Shown here: piece by piece, positions 17,165 to 29,457 of the stretch
Layout: each line of letters starts with the position of its first letter
Position numbering within the stretch: position 1 is the stretch's first letter
Origin: Eledone cirrhosa
Lineage: Eukaryota
Direction of reading: 5' to 3'
NCBI GenBank assembly: GCA_964016885.1
Contig: OZ024741.1
Coordinates: forward strand, 267,716,001-267,780,000
DNA length: 64,000 bases
Position numbers and translations under genes: made by a program
Notes under the pieces: model-generated
What the model was told of the DNA's origin: nothing
Databases searched by the model: none
The model's input: only the letters and a program-made list of their open reading frames with translations

Positions 17165-17319
17165 CTACAGAAAAAAAGGGAAATGAATGTATCACAATAG
17201 TGAAGATCAACATCTGTATAAAGAGCAATGAATTATACATTGTATGGTATACTGGGAGACCAGTGCCATCAATAATGACAGCAATACTATCTCTCTCTAT
17301 ATATATCTTCTTAGCTTCT

Positions 17320-17590
17320 TAGATTCTTCCACACCGTTTGGCACATCGAGCAGTAATTACTCGCCAACGGTCACAATTCATCAGCAGCTTTTTCGTGTCT
17401 GTACCAAGTGATGTTGACTGCCATCAGGTCTTTTCTGTTCGGCGCCAGGTGATCCTGCGGCAATCCCACCTCCATTTACCACCAGGTGGAGTCCAGTTCA
17501 TTGATGTCTTCGAGTGTCGTTCATCAAGCAGGTGCAGAATATGGCCAGCCAGGCAGCACCGGCGCTCTGTGACCATCCTCTGTAGCGCCC
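17320..17590 (-). mobile_element. RTE-type LINE 3' fragment (different family)
   Basis: Minus strand reads RRCCLAGHILHL...MNWTPPGGKWRW..RRITWRRT, an RTE C-terminal signature. Confidence 0.6.
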
Positions 17591-17723
17591 ATGACTCTCT
17601 CTATATATATAGATATATATACACACATACATATAGTAGTGAATTAGAAGGTAGTAGGTTAGAATTTAACCACATTCTATTTATAACATAATTTCTGTTA
17701 TATGCATTTTGATATATACATAC

Positions 17724-17758
<35 letters not shown>

Positions 17759-17789
17759 CTCACACACACATACACATACACACACACAC

Positions 17790-19262
17790 CATCATCATCA
17801 TCATTTTATGTCCACTTGTCCACTTGTCACGGTCCTTCATCATCTCCTCTGTGAGCTTCAGTGATCTGATGTCTGCTCTCACCACCTCCGCCCATGTTTT
17901 TTGTGGTCTTCCTCTACTGCGTCTTCCTTCTACTGGCATTTCTTGGTACTTCTTTACCCAGTGGTCATCCTCCATGTGCATCACATGTCCATACCATTGC
18001 AGTCTTCTCTCCTGCACACCACAACTTATCCCACTTATACACAGTTTCTCTCTCAACTCATCTATGCTTGGTCGTTCACACATATTAACATTGCACATCC
18101 AATGTTCACGCACATTGACATTCCATATCCTCTGCAGTTGCTACCCATGTCTCACTACCATGCAGCATCGCACATCACACCCAGGCATCATATAACCAGC
18201 CTTTCGTATGCAGGGAGAAACCCTTCTTTGCCAGCTTCCTAAACTTCTTTCAACCCGTCCTTATTCTAGATACTATGGCCTCGGAAGACCCCCTCCCATG
18301 CTAATCTGATCACCTAGGTACCAGAAGCTATCAACCACTTCTATAGAACCCACTTGCATTTGAAAAATGTGTCTATCACTGCGACTTCTACTGTCAAATT
18401 TCCCTGTACATCTACTGCATACGTAGTTTTCCCTACCTGTTAGTTTGCCTGCTATCCCACTACATCTCTTGTGTACCCAAGATCTGCATTGTGTACATGG
18501 CCATTTCCCTGACGGAATCAGAGTTTTGTCCTATTTTCTAATTATCAACACTCTTGATTCCAACTGCTGTTTCCATAGCCAGAATTTAATCTCTAGCTCC
18601 TCTACTGATTCTGTTATAAGAACCAGATCGTCAGCATAGAAAAGTTCCCATGAGCAGCTAGTCTTAAACTCCTCTGTTATGGCTTGAAGGACTATAATGA
18701 ACAAGAGCGGGCTGAGGACCGAACCCTGATGTACACTTACTTGTTTCTGGAATTCTTCACTAAAATCCATTCCTACTCTCACTTTACTGACAGCACCCTT
18801 GAACATAGCTTGCACTGTCATCACAAGCCATTCCTCTACACCTAGTTTCCTTAGGGAGCACCAGATGACATATTGGGGTACCCTATCAAAGACATTCTCT
18901 AGGTCAAAGCTAAGTATAGTGGCTTATTCTTTTCGAAGAACCTCACTTGTAGTTGTCTCACTAAGAAGAGGGCATCTGTTGTACTTTTTCCAGGAACAAA
19001 ACCGAACTGCATCTCATCTAATTTGACCCTTTCTCTAATTAGTTGCACTAATATTCTCTTTGCCACTTTCATAACCTAATCCATCAGCTTTATGCCCCTA
19101 TAATTGCTCCTCTCCAGAGCATCCCCTTAACCTTTGTAGCAATTTATGAGAGTACTGCTGCACCAGTTTTTGGGTATGACACCACCATATATAGCCTGAT
19201 TGATGATGCGTGCAACCAGTTTAGTGCCTACTTCTCCTGATGCCTCCAGCATCTCAGCAACT
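17790..19262 (-). mobile_element. RTE LINE fragment in MORN4 intron
   Basis: HQGSVLSPLLF, FYADD, RRLQWYGHVM..GRPQKTW; (CAT)n tail at 17790. Confidence 0.9.
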
Positions 19263-19272
19263 ATATCTATAT

Positions 19273-19635
19273 ATCATCATCATCATCATTTTATGTCCGC
19301 TTTTCCCTGCTTGCAAGGGTGGGATGGGACTTTTCAGCACAGCATCTCTCCACTTGTCACGGTCTTTCGTCATCTCCACCGTGAGTTTCAGCGATTTGAG
19401 GTCTGTTCTCACCACCTCCACCCATGTTTTTCGTGGTCTACCTCTACCACGTCTTCCTTCAACTGGCATTTCCTGGCACTTCTTCACCCATTGGTCATCC
19501 TCCCTGCGCATCACATGTCCATACCACCGCAGTATCCTCTCTCGCACACTACATTCTATCCCTCTCAGATACAGTTTCTCTCTCAACACATCCATGCTGG
19601 GTCATTCACGCACATTGACATTGCACATCCAACGG
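19273..19635 (-). mobile_element. RTE LINE 3' fragment
   Basis: ORF 19254-19595 (LRWYGHVMRR..GRGRPRKTW) plus (GAT)n tail. Confidence 0.9.
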
Positions 19636-19919
19636 CACAAAATAATTGGAATTAAAAAGTTATACATACAGGTATTAAATTAAAAAATTCTAACCATCCT
19701 AAAACTAAAAAGCCCAGCTGAGAGAAAAAATAAATTGCTACGGCCGTCACAGGAGGCCCAGGGCAATTGCCGAAAAGTGGCACTAGCTTTGTGCCGCATT
19801 TGGGAGGCTCCAACACTCTAGTTATTCTGCCAAACAACACTATGATGGCAAGAGAATAGAATAGATGAAAAATACCCAAGTATTTCAATATAATTTTGAA
19901 GAAAAATTAAAGAACTTAC

Positions 19920-20095
19920 GATGCTCCATCTGAAAAGTTAATGCTGCCTTTACCAGTGAACAACCCACTTTCAAATGAACCTTTGTAACTGGTTTTGTCA
20001 CCAAAAGTAATAGAACCGATTCCCATTCGAAGTCCACGGTTATCAAACATACCATTATATGTGGTACCATCAGGGTATTTAAATTCTATTGCCAT
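19920..20095 (-). CDS. MORN4: MORN repeat-containing protein 4 / retinophilin homologue, coding exon 1
   Basis: Manual translation MAIEFKYPDGTTYNGMFDNRGLRMGIGSITFGDKTSYKGSFESGLFTGKGSINFSDGA(S) shows MORN-type Y-x-G-x-F/G-x-G periodicity. GTAAGT donor after 19920 (phase 2). Upstream TTTCCAG acceptor at 20117-20119, so the exon starts at 20116 with 21 nt of 5' UTR. Confidence 0.9.
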
Positions 20096-20531
20096 GCTTC
20101 TTTTTTTATATTCTCACTGGAAAAGAAAGAAAATGGCAGCTTCAAATATCTGTTGTGTAGATAGATAGATGGTAAATAAACATATCTGAAAATTGACAGT
20201 AAAAACTTGTATAAATATTTATAACTATAATGATTTGATACACTTATCCTATGGACATCAGATATTGGTACTAGTTCACGTCTTGCTGAAAATAGTATTC
20301 TTGCATAAATTTTGTTGTTCTTTTATCTTTTATCTTTTATCTATAGAACCAATAGGAAGTTTGGAGAAAATTAACTGGTTGTTGTTATTGTTTAGCCCAA
20401 GGTCAACAGCCTGATCTAAGCAATCTGTGATCAAAAGAATTCTAGTCATGTCCAACTCCATATATTTTCAAGCATGATATATCTATGACTACATTATCAT
20501 TATCCACAAACACACATAAGTATAATATATG

Positions 20532-20577
<46 letters not shown>

Positions 20578-20669
20578 AGTGTAACTTGGAGTTACTGTAT
20601 GTTCACCCGGGTGACCACTCGATGTTTAGGTTCACTTCTGTGTTGAGGTGTAGAGCTATACAGAGTGTA

Positions 20670-20959
20670 ATATATTGAAAGGATAACAAGGACGATTGGT
20701 TACTCCTTCATTACATTTATTGGTAGGTGACGCGCGTTTCGCCACTGATCAGCTCAAGGTTCGATCTATATCGATCCTACCCGACTCAATAATCGGCAGC
20801 TTGACGGACCCTTTAAAATGGTATACCATTTTAAAGGGTCCATCAAGCTGCCGATTATTGAGTCGGGTAAGATCGAACCTTGAGCTGATCAGTGGCGAAA
20901 CGCGCGTCACCTACCAATAAATATAAGGAAGGAGTAACCAATCGTCCTTGTTATCCTTT

Positions 20960-20967
<8 letters not shown>
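20670..20967. repeat. Loopless palindrome (~150-bp arms)
   Basis: Centre ...aaaatggta|taccatttt... at 20823/20824. Left arm has a 10-nt extra segment and there are a few mismatches. (TA)n on both sides (20536-20574 and from 20962). Confidence 0.95.
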
Positions 20968-20996
<29 letters not shown>

Positions 20997-21026
20997 TATA
21001 TATATATACACACGTACATATACATT

Positions 21027-21072
<46 letters not shown>

Positions 21073-21336
21073 TGGGTGGACAGGTTTCATAAGTCAGTCC
21101 AGTAAGACAACCTCTCTAGTGCTGGTGGCACAAATAATGTACCCAGTCCATGTTCCATATTGTAAAATAGTTGGTGATAGGAAGAACATCCAACCAGAAA
21201 AACCTTGCCACAATTATGGCATCCAACCCATGTAGGCATGTTAAAGCAGATGTAAAAAAAGATGATGGTGTAATGTTGATGATGATATATAATGATTTGA
21301 TACACTAATCCTTGATTATTATTTAATCACATCCAT

Positions 21337-21732
21337 AGGGCGGTAGATTGGCAGTATCGGTAGAGAGTCGGACGCCATGCTTTCCAGCATAGTTACATCC
21401 CTTTACGATCTGAGTTCAAATCCCGCCGAGGTTGACTTAGCCTTTCATCCTTACGAGGTCGATAAAATAAAGTACCAGTAATGCACTGGGTAATTGCTGG
21501 CCTTGTGCCTAAAGTAGAAACAATTATTTAATCACATCCAGGGCGGTGGATTGGCAGTATCGGTAGAAGGTCGGACGCCATGCTTTGCAGCACAGTTACG
21601 TCCCTTTATGGACCGAGTTCAAATCCCGCCGAGGTTAACTTTGCCTTTCATCCTTACGGGGTCGATAAAATAAAGTACCAGTAATACACTGATTTAATTG
21701 CTGGCCTTGTGCCAAAAATAGAAACAATTATT
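21337..21732 (+). mobile_element. Two head-to-tail full-length tRNA-derived SINEs
   Basis: Each has an A-box-like TGGCAGTATCGGTAGA, B-box GAGTTCAAATCC and core gccttt catcct tacg.ggtcgataaaataaagtaccag. attatttaatcacatcc occurs at 21318, 21523 and 21727. Confidence 0.9.
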
Positions 21733-22464
21733 TAATCACATCCTGTCACCTCGTCAACGTCTATTCTTGTTACTTTGTGTTACCCCTTTGTTCTATTTTA
21801 CTCCATCTTGTCTTTTTCAGGTGTGTATCTAGTTTGTGCATGTATATGCATTTGTGATTGTGTATGTGTGTGTGTGTGTGCTGCTACATCAATGAATTTC
21901 AGTGTTTAAAATGTGTGTATGTGTGTTTGTCTTTATATCTCATTTCTCCTCCAAGTTTTTGTGCATATGCGTGTGGTCAGGGGTCTATTTGTGTATCCTA
22001 TTAGATTTGTTCTTAAATGTTCTTATATTGTCTTCAGTCACTATGTTGTTGGGTTGTTTTACTCCATTCATGCTTTCTATTGAGTTTAGGCTTATATTCA
22101 ATTATGTGTCGCTTCCACATTTCATCTGTTCTGAGCATTTGATCAGTTCAGAGTGTAGACATAGTTGTTATTTCAATGTTTTCTACTGAGCCACCATGTT
22201 CTAGCTTGGCAAGTTGGTAGAAGTAAAGACATTTCTACATGTAAATATTAAGGAACTAGACATGGACACTATGAAGAACGTACAGCAAATAGCCAACTTC
22301 ATCCACTAGAGTTACTATAGACTTCCCAACCAAAGACCTCAACCATATGTGTATATGCACACATATATGTGCATATGCATGAGTGTATGTATGTATATAT
22401 ATATGTGTATGTGCGTGTGTGTGTGTACAGAGCTGTGTAGGTTATATATATACACACACACAGT

Positions 22465-23546
22465 ATATCATTTTACATCTATTGCTCCATGCTTGCATGG
22501 GTTGGACAGATCCTTCTCAGAACAACATTTTCCTACTTGTGTTCCATTGTTAACTGCTCAGGCTTCCTCTACTGTGGCTTCCTTCCACTAGGATTATTTG
22601 GCACTTCTTCACCCAGCAATTATCATCCATGCACATTACATGTCAATAACAACAAAGTCTCCTCTCTTGCATTTCTGATTCCTCTTATACCCAGTTTCTC
22701 CCTCAGTTCATCCATGCTTTGTTGTTTTTGCACATTAACATTGCATATCCATTGAAGCATGCTTTCTCTCCAGCCTCCCCATGTCCTCTGCATTTACTGT
22801 CCATGTCTCACTATTATGCAGCATGGCACTTTGCTCACAGGCATCATACAGCTGACCTTTCTTTTATAGGGACAAATCGTTTATTGTTAACAGGGGCAGC
22901 AGTTCCCTAAACTTCATCCATCTTATCCTTATTCTAGCTATTATATTCTCCTAGCATCTCTTTCCACTGTTAATTATATCACCCAGGTAGCAGAAACTAT
23001 CAACAATTTCTATGGATCCTTCCTGGGATTTTAAAAGGTTTACATTTTTTTTATTATTAGCACTCCTACTATCAATTGACACTCAACATCTACTACATAC
23101 AAAGTCTTCCTTTCCTGTTAGTCTGCCTGTTATCCCACTACACCTCTTGTGTACCCAAGATTAGCATAGTGTACATCTACACAATGCACATGTAATGTGC
23201 ATGCCAACTTCTTCCGTCTCTACATATCGAGCAAGGTCACTTCCCTGGTGAGATTGGTACTCTATCTTCTTTCCTACTTATTAACATTTTGGTTTTTGCT
23301 AAATTTACTCTAAGCACTTTTGATTCTAAGTTCTGTTTCCACAGTCGGAATTTATTCTCTAGTTCTTCCACAGATTCAACTATGAAGACCAGATCATGGT
23401 CACACAGAAGTTCCCATGACCAACCAGTCTTAAACTTCTCTGTTATGATCTGGAGGACTAGGATAAACAGGAAAGGGTTAAGAACTGAACCCTAATTCAC
23501 TCCTACCTGTACCTTGAATTCTTCGTTAAACTCACTTCCTATTCTC

Positions 23547-23550
<4 letters not shown>
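22465..23550 (-). mobile_element. Old degenerate RTE LINE fragment
   Basis: Reverse-complement similarity to the other RTE copies (GSVLNPFLFILVLQ, DSFCYLGD). Confidence 0.8.
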
Positions 23551-23577
<27 letters not shown>

Positions 23578-24314
23578 TTAAATTTTCCACTCCTTCATAG
23601 CTGTACACATATAAGTATGTTTATTCATAAACATATCATATATCATTCGATATACAAAATTCACACACACACATACATACATATACAGTATATATATATA
23701 TATATATTAGTAAATGCAAAAGATGTTCTAATCCTGACGTGTCACTTCAGGATTATTCATTAATAGGAGATATTTAACATCGCTGATAATTGTTTATCAG
23801 TTGGTTCAATGTAGCAATGTAGCTACAGCTTTTTGTCATCTGCACATTTACTGCTTACCTGGGCCACACAAAATGCACACAAGCTTAGTAAAAATTTTAT
23901 TCTTTTTATTCAAAAATTTACTGCATGGATGTCAGCTTTAGATAATCATATATATTTTACAACTACTTCAGTGATTTTCAAACAAAATAATCTACTGAAA
24001 TGGGTAATTAAATAAAAAAGATATTTACCCAATCTTAACATCCTCCATAATTAGTACAAAATATAAATTTTATAAATATGTATGCAAGAAAATGTATACC
24101 TACCGCAACCTACTCATCCACCCATTCAAAATCCACTTACCTGCTACATAACTACCGATTTATCAATCTATCTACTTATTTATCTATCTATCTTCCTAGC
24201 TACTTATCTATTATCTCTTTATTTAACTATATCTATTTATCTATCTATCTAACTCTATCTGTCTATCTATCCATCTATCTATCCATCTATTTATCCCTCT
24301 ATTTGTCTATTTAT

Positions 24315-24655
24315 GATGCTGCAAAACAGTAAGACATGAGCAGTGAATGCAGAGGTAAATAGAGGGCTAGAGAGAAATCAAGTGATTATGCTTCATTGGA
24401 TGTGTAGTATGCAGGAGAGATGACTACGCTGGTATGGATGCGTGATTTGTATGGATGAGGAACAGAGGAGGAAGCAGTGTCAATAGATCCAAGTTGAGGT
24501 AAGCTGTGGGTAGAGGAAGACCAAGTAAGACTTGGAAAGAAGTGGTTAGAGCTGATCTTAAGGTGTTGAAGCTCATAGTGGGAATGATGAAGGAGAATAA
24601 GTTGAGCTAGGTTGTGCTGGAGAAGACACATCTGATCCATGCAAGCACATAAAAA
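24315..24655 (+). mobile_element. Degenerate RTE 3' fragment
   Basis: gagacatg..gctagagagaaat..ctacgctggtatgga..gtagaggaagaccaa resembles the RTE C-terminus. Confidence 0.65.
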
Positions 24656-25268
24656 CAATAAAGGGAAAAATCATAACTCTAAAGAATCGTCAACTAAAAA
24701 CTTTTCTTTCTTTTTTTCTATCAAATCTGCCAAAAACCTATTCTTTGATAAATGTAGCCTCCATCCCACTAACTAACTTCCCCCCAAAAGGACTCCTTTC
24801 AATCATGTTTATACCTATGTTTGTATTTTCATTTACTTCCCTTCTTTCTACAATTCTTGCTTATATCAACAAACCCCAAAAAATTAATTTGAACTCTTGA
24901 CACAATGGACCCCCACCCCCACCACCACACACACACAAACACAGACTCAGCACAAGACAAAAGAAAAACTTTATATCTACTCTTACAAACCCTGAAAATA
25001 ACTGGAACTCTTGACACAAAGGAACCCGACCTAAATACACACACACACCACAAAACAATGAAATGCCATCTGGATCATTATTATGAATATAAAAAGAACT
25101 TTCTAGTGAATCAATTGAATCTGATCTGTTGAACCCCACTTCCATCATCACCACCCCACCTTTATAAAGAACATATTTATAAGAAGAGATTTTGAGAGAA
25201 AATTCACATATGTTCTAACTGCCCACAGAATATGAGAAGGAACTTTTTTCATATTTGATAATATATAT

Positions 25269-25673
25269 ATGGAGTTTAGTGAGGAATTCCAGATACAAGT
25301 AGGAGTTCATCAGGGTTCGGTCCTCAGCCCACTCTTGTTCATTATAGTCCTCCAAGCCATAACAGAGGAGTTTAAGACTGACTGTCCATGGGAACTTCTC
25401 TATGCTGACGATCTGGTTCTTATAGCAGAATCAGTAGAGGAGCTAGAGAATAAATTCTGGCTATGGAAACAGCAGTTGGAATCAAGAGGACTGAGAGTGA
25501 ATCTAGCAAAGACAAAAGTGTTGATGAGTAGAAGAGAGGACAAAACTCCGATTCCATCAGGGAAATGGCCATGTTCGATATGTAGAAAAGGAATAGGCAT
25601 AAATTCTATAAAATGTACACAATGCAGATCTTGGGTGCACAAGAGATGTAGTGGGATAGCAGGCAAACTAACT
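25269..25673 (+). mobile_element. RTE LINE internal RT fragment
   Basis: Open frame GVHQGSVLSPLLF...LLYADD...WPCSICRKG..CTQC..WVHKRCSG. Confidence 0.9.
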
Positions 25674-25811
25674 GGTCAGACGAGGGAAAACAATGAGGTG
25701 GCTGACAGAGAGAGAGTGAGTAAAAGTGAGAGGGAGTCCTCTCCCTTTCTCCCTCTCACTTTCACTCATCCTCTCTCTGCTTGCCACCTCATTGTTTTCC
25801 CTCGTCTGACC
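25674..25811. repeat. Inverted repeat, ~63-bp arms, 12-nt loop
   Basis: ggtcagacgagggaaaacaatgaggtggc...gagagggag pairs with ctccctctc...gccacctcattgttttccctcgtctgacc. Confidence 0.9.
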
Positions 25812-26207
25812 TTCTAGCAGTCTTTTTCTCACTCACACTCGCTTGGGTCAATCGTGTCTTTTTTCGTTCGATCACACGCTCTCGAACTTATGTTCTGTTA
25901 CCGCTGTGATCTTGGATTCTCTCTCCAGTTGCTACACGTTCTTCGGTTTGTTGTTTTTTTCGCTGTTTTCTCTTTTCCCCTTTTCCCTTCTATTTTCCTT
26001 CTCTCCCTCCTCTGTTTTTCCAATAACTTACCCGGTTATTGAACGCCCTGGGGGTAGATATATTGTCTTTAAAGTATTGAAATATCCGGAACCCCCAGGA
26101 AACAACTGACGAGGACCCGTTCTTGCTTTCTTCTTAGTCTCGTTCCATTTTTAAGCCTAACTTAACTACCAAATACACAGCCATCATATTCTCCATATAT
26201 ATATATA

Positions 26208-27190
26208 TCATCATCATCATCATCATCCTCGTTTAACATCCACTTTCCACGCTAGCATGGGTTAGACGGGAGTTGTCCCACTTGAGGCAAGTTGGTCGGG
26301 TGACCGTGTCTCGCTCATATAGGACTATCTGGCAGGTTTTCTACGGCTGGATGCCCTTCCTAGCACCAACCACATTTACAGTGTGGAACTGGGAACTTTT
26401 TACCATGCTACCTACACGGCCACATTACAGCGTGGACTGTGTTTTTTTCTCGTGACACCTACACGATCTCGATCTCATTATCTCATTTATTTGGACTGGA
26501 TGTTGTGGTACCAACTTTATAGAGAGGGGGTGGTGTTGGTGGGAGTGGGAGGATAGGGTAGGGGTAGTGGATTGGGGTGTATATTTGGTTAAGAGGTGCC
26601 TACTGGCTGTAGGTTTCTCTTTGTACATAGGCAAGGCGAGTCTTCTGTATTACTGCGTAGTGCCAAAGATCTCGGTCCAGTGACATTGTCTTAGAGAGGT
26701 GTAAGTGTGTAAGGTCGGAATTTATCAGATCGTCCCAGGTTTTTCTGGGTCTACCTGCTCCGTAACTACCATCAATTTTGATCGCCCTGCACTTTTTTAT
26801 ACAGCTGTCGTCTTTCATGCGCATCACGTGGCCATACCAACGTAGTCTTCTCTCGAGTAAACAGCATCTGATCCCTCTTATTCCTAATTTCTCACTTAGT
26901 TCATTTATGCTTTGCCGTTCACGTATGTTACTATTACACATCCAACGGAGCATGCATGCTTCGTTCCATTTCCAGTCTAAGCAGGTCCTCTGCACGCAAT
27001 GCCCATGTCTCACTGCCATGTAGCATTGCTGTTCGTATACAGGCATCATACAATCTGCCTTTCATTTTTAGAGAGAAACCTTTTGTGGCCAACAGCAGTA
27101 TTAGCTCTCTGAACTTTTTCCATCCCGTTCTGACTCTGGCTACTGTACTTTCAGAGCACCCTCCACCACTGCTGATTTCGTCACCCAGGA
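26208..27190 (-). mobile_element. RTE LINE 3' fragment with composite 3' UTR (same family as 55100-58758)
   Basis: [41 protein letters not shown]; 3' UTR matches 58370-58758; (GAT)n tail. Confidence 0.9.
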
Positions 27191-27615
27191 TATATATATA
27201 TATACATATATATACACATATATACATACATATATACATATATATATATACATACATATACACATACATACATACATATACACATACATACATATATATA
27301 TACATACATATATATATACACATATCTACATACATACATATATATACACATATATGCATACATACATACATATATACACATATATACATACATACATACA
27401 TATATACACATATATACATACATACATATATATATACATATATACATACATATATATATATACACGTATATACATACATATATATATACACGTATATACA
27501 TACATATATATATACACATATATACATACATATATATACACACATATATACATATATATACATACATATATATATATATATACATATATATACACATACA
27601 TACATACATATCTAT

Positions 27616-27655
<40 letters not shown>

Positions 27656-28372
27656 TGGCTGCCAACTTGTTGTCGAGTACGGCCACTACTTTATATCCAT
27701 GTAGGAGAACCCCTACTGATGCGCTGAACGAGTGTTACTTTTTAGTCCAGCCAGCGACGTGAAAACTCTGGTACAAACACTACACTTGTGACAATTATTG
27801 ACACATAGTGCTGGGCCCATGGTACCATGTGACGACAAGTTCAGAGAGATCTCCAGATATAAAGCAATGCCTGTGCCGTGAAGCTTTTATAGTGAGCAAA
27901 GGCACTGCACAAAGCCAGTCCCACTCTCTTAACCAAGATGATATTTACCAAAAAGAAGAACAAGTCAACATCATTGGATACCATCAAGGTTGCAGTTGTT
28001 ATATCAGAGTTTTCCGTCTCCTAGAATTCTGCCTTGACAAAGGCTAAGGGGTCATCTCTCCCGGTGATTTTGGATGGCCATTGACTCTTAAGAGCTCCTT
28101 TGCCCTTTGACAGGTTTTGTTTTTAGTCCTGCAGGATGTCCAAAGTCACCCTCCTCACCAAGAAACCTTGGTGGGGTTGCCAGTTTAGTCGCCAACGACC
28201 CGACCATGAGACAGGTTGTACTGGGATACATGTTACCAGTAGCACCAACTGGTGACCTGACATATATATATATACATACATATATACATACATATATACA
28301 TACATCATATACGTCCCATCCTTGCAAGCAGGGAAAAGCGGACTTATAATCATGATGATGATGATACATATA

Positions 28373-28703
28373 TCATCATCATCATCATCGTTTTACGTCC
28401 GCTTTTCCCTTTCCAAGGGTGGGACGGGAACTGATTCTGGCTTGATTTCTACAGCTGGATGCCTTTCCTAACACCAACCTCATTTACAGTGAGTGCTGGG
28501 TGCTTTTTTGCCGTGGCACCCCCACGACCACTTTACAGTGGAATGATAGGGACCCCAGGCCCTATCATCTCATTTCTACAGCTGAGTAAACTAGAGCAAT
28601 GTGAAATAAAGTGTCTTGCTCAAGGAAACAACACATCACCCGGTCTGAGAATTGAACTCACAAACTTTCGATTGCAAGGCCAATGCTCTAACCACTAAGC
28701 CAT
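28373..28703 (-). mobile_element. SINE with tRNA-like head and RTE-type 3' tail
   Basis: Minus strand: TGGCTTAGTGG (A box), GAGTTCAATTC (B box), ccttgagcaagacacttt (CORE-like), then aggaa.ggcatccagctgtagaaa and the RTE tail ggacgtaaaac(GAT)n. Confidence 0.8.
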
Positions 28704-29193
28704 ATATATATATACATACATACACATATATATATACATACATACACATATATACATACACACACACACGCACACACCAACGCATGCACACATACATGCA
28801 TACATACATACATGCATGCATGCATACATACATACCTACATGTATGTATGTATGCATGCATACATACATACATACATACATTCATACATGCATGCATGCA
28901 TGCATGCATGCATGCATGTATGTATGTATGCATGCATGCATGTATGCATGCATTCATACATACATACATACATACATGCATGCATGCATACATACATACA
29001 TACATACATACATACATACATACATACATACATACATACATACATGTGTGTTACATATCAATTTAAATCTATATTTGGAAGTTATTCCCATTATCATTAT
29101 TCAAAGAATCAGTGAAGTTATTGGGATGCTGAAATGTCATTTATGCAGCGTTAATAAATATGTTTTACATTTTATTGAAGGTGTGGGGGTGAG

Positions 29194-29418
29194 TGTATGG
29201 ATGTGTGATATATATATATGTGTGTGTGTGTGTGTTTGTGAGGAATAATGTATGGATGTGTATATGTGTGTGTGTGTGAGGAATAATGTATGGATGTGTA
29301 TATATGTGTGTGTGTGTGTGTGAGGAATAATGTATGGATGTGTATATATATGTGTGTGTGGAATAATGTATGGATGTGTATATATATATGTATGTGTGTG
29401 TGAGGAATAATGTATTGA

Positions 29419-29457
<39 letters not shown>

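Noticed and set aside
21337-21430. tRNA gene candidates (A and B boxes)
   Set aside because: They are SINE heads followed by the SINE core; no cloverleaf is evident.
27654-28260. GC-richer unique segment between TA tracts, possibly a LINE UTR
   Set aside because: No diagnostic motif that I can support.
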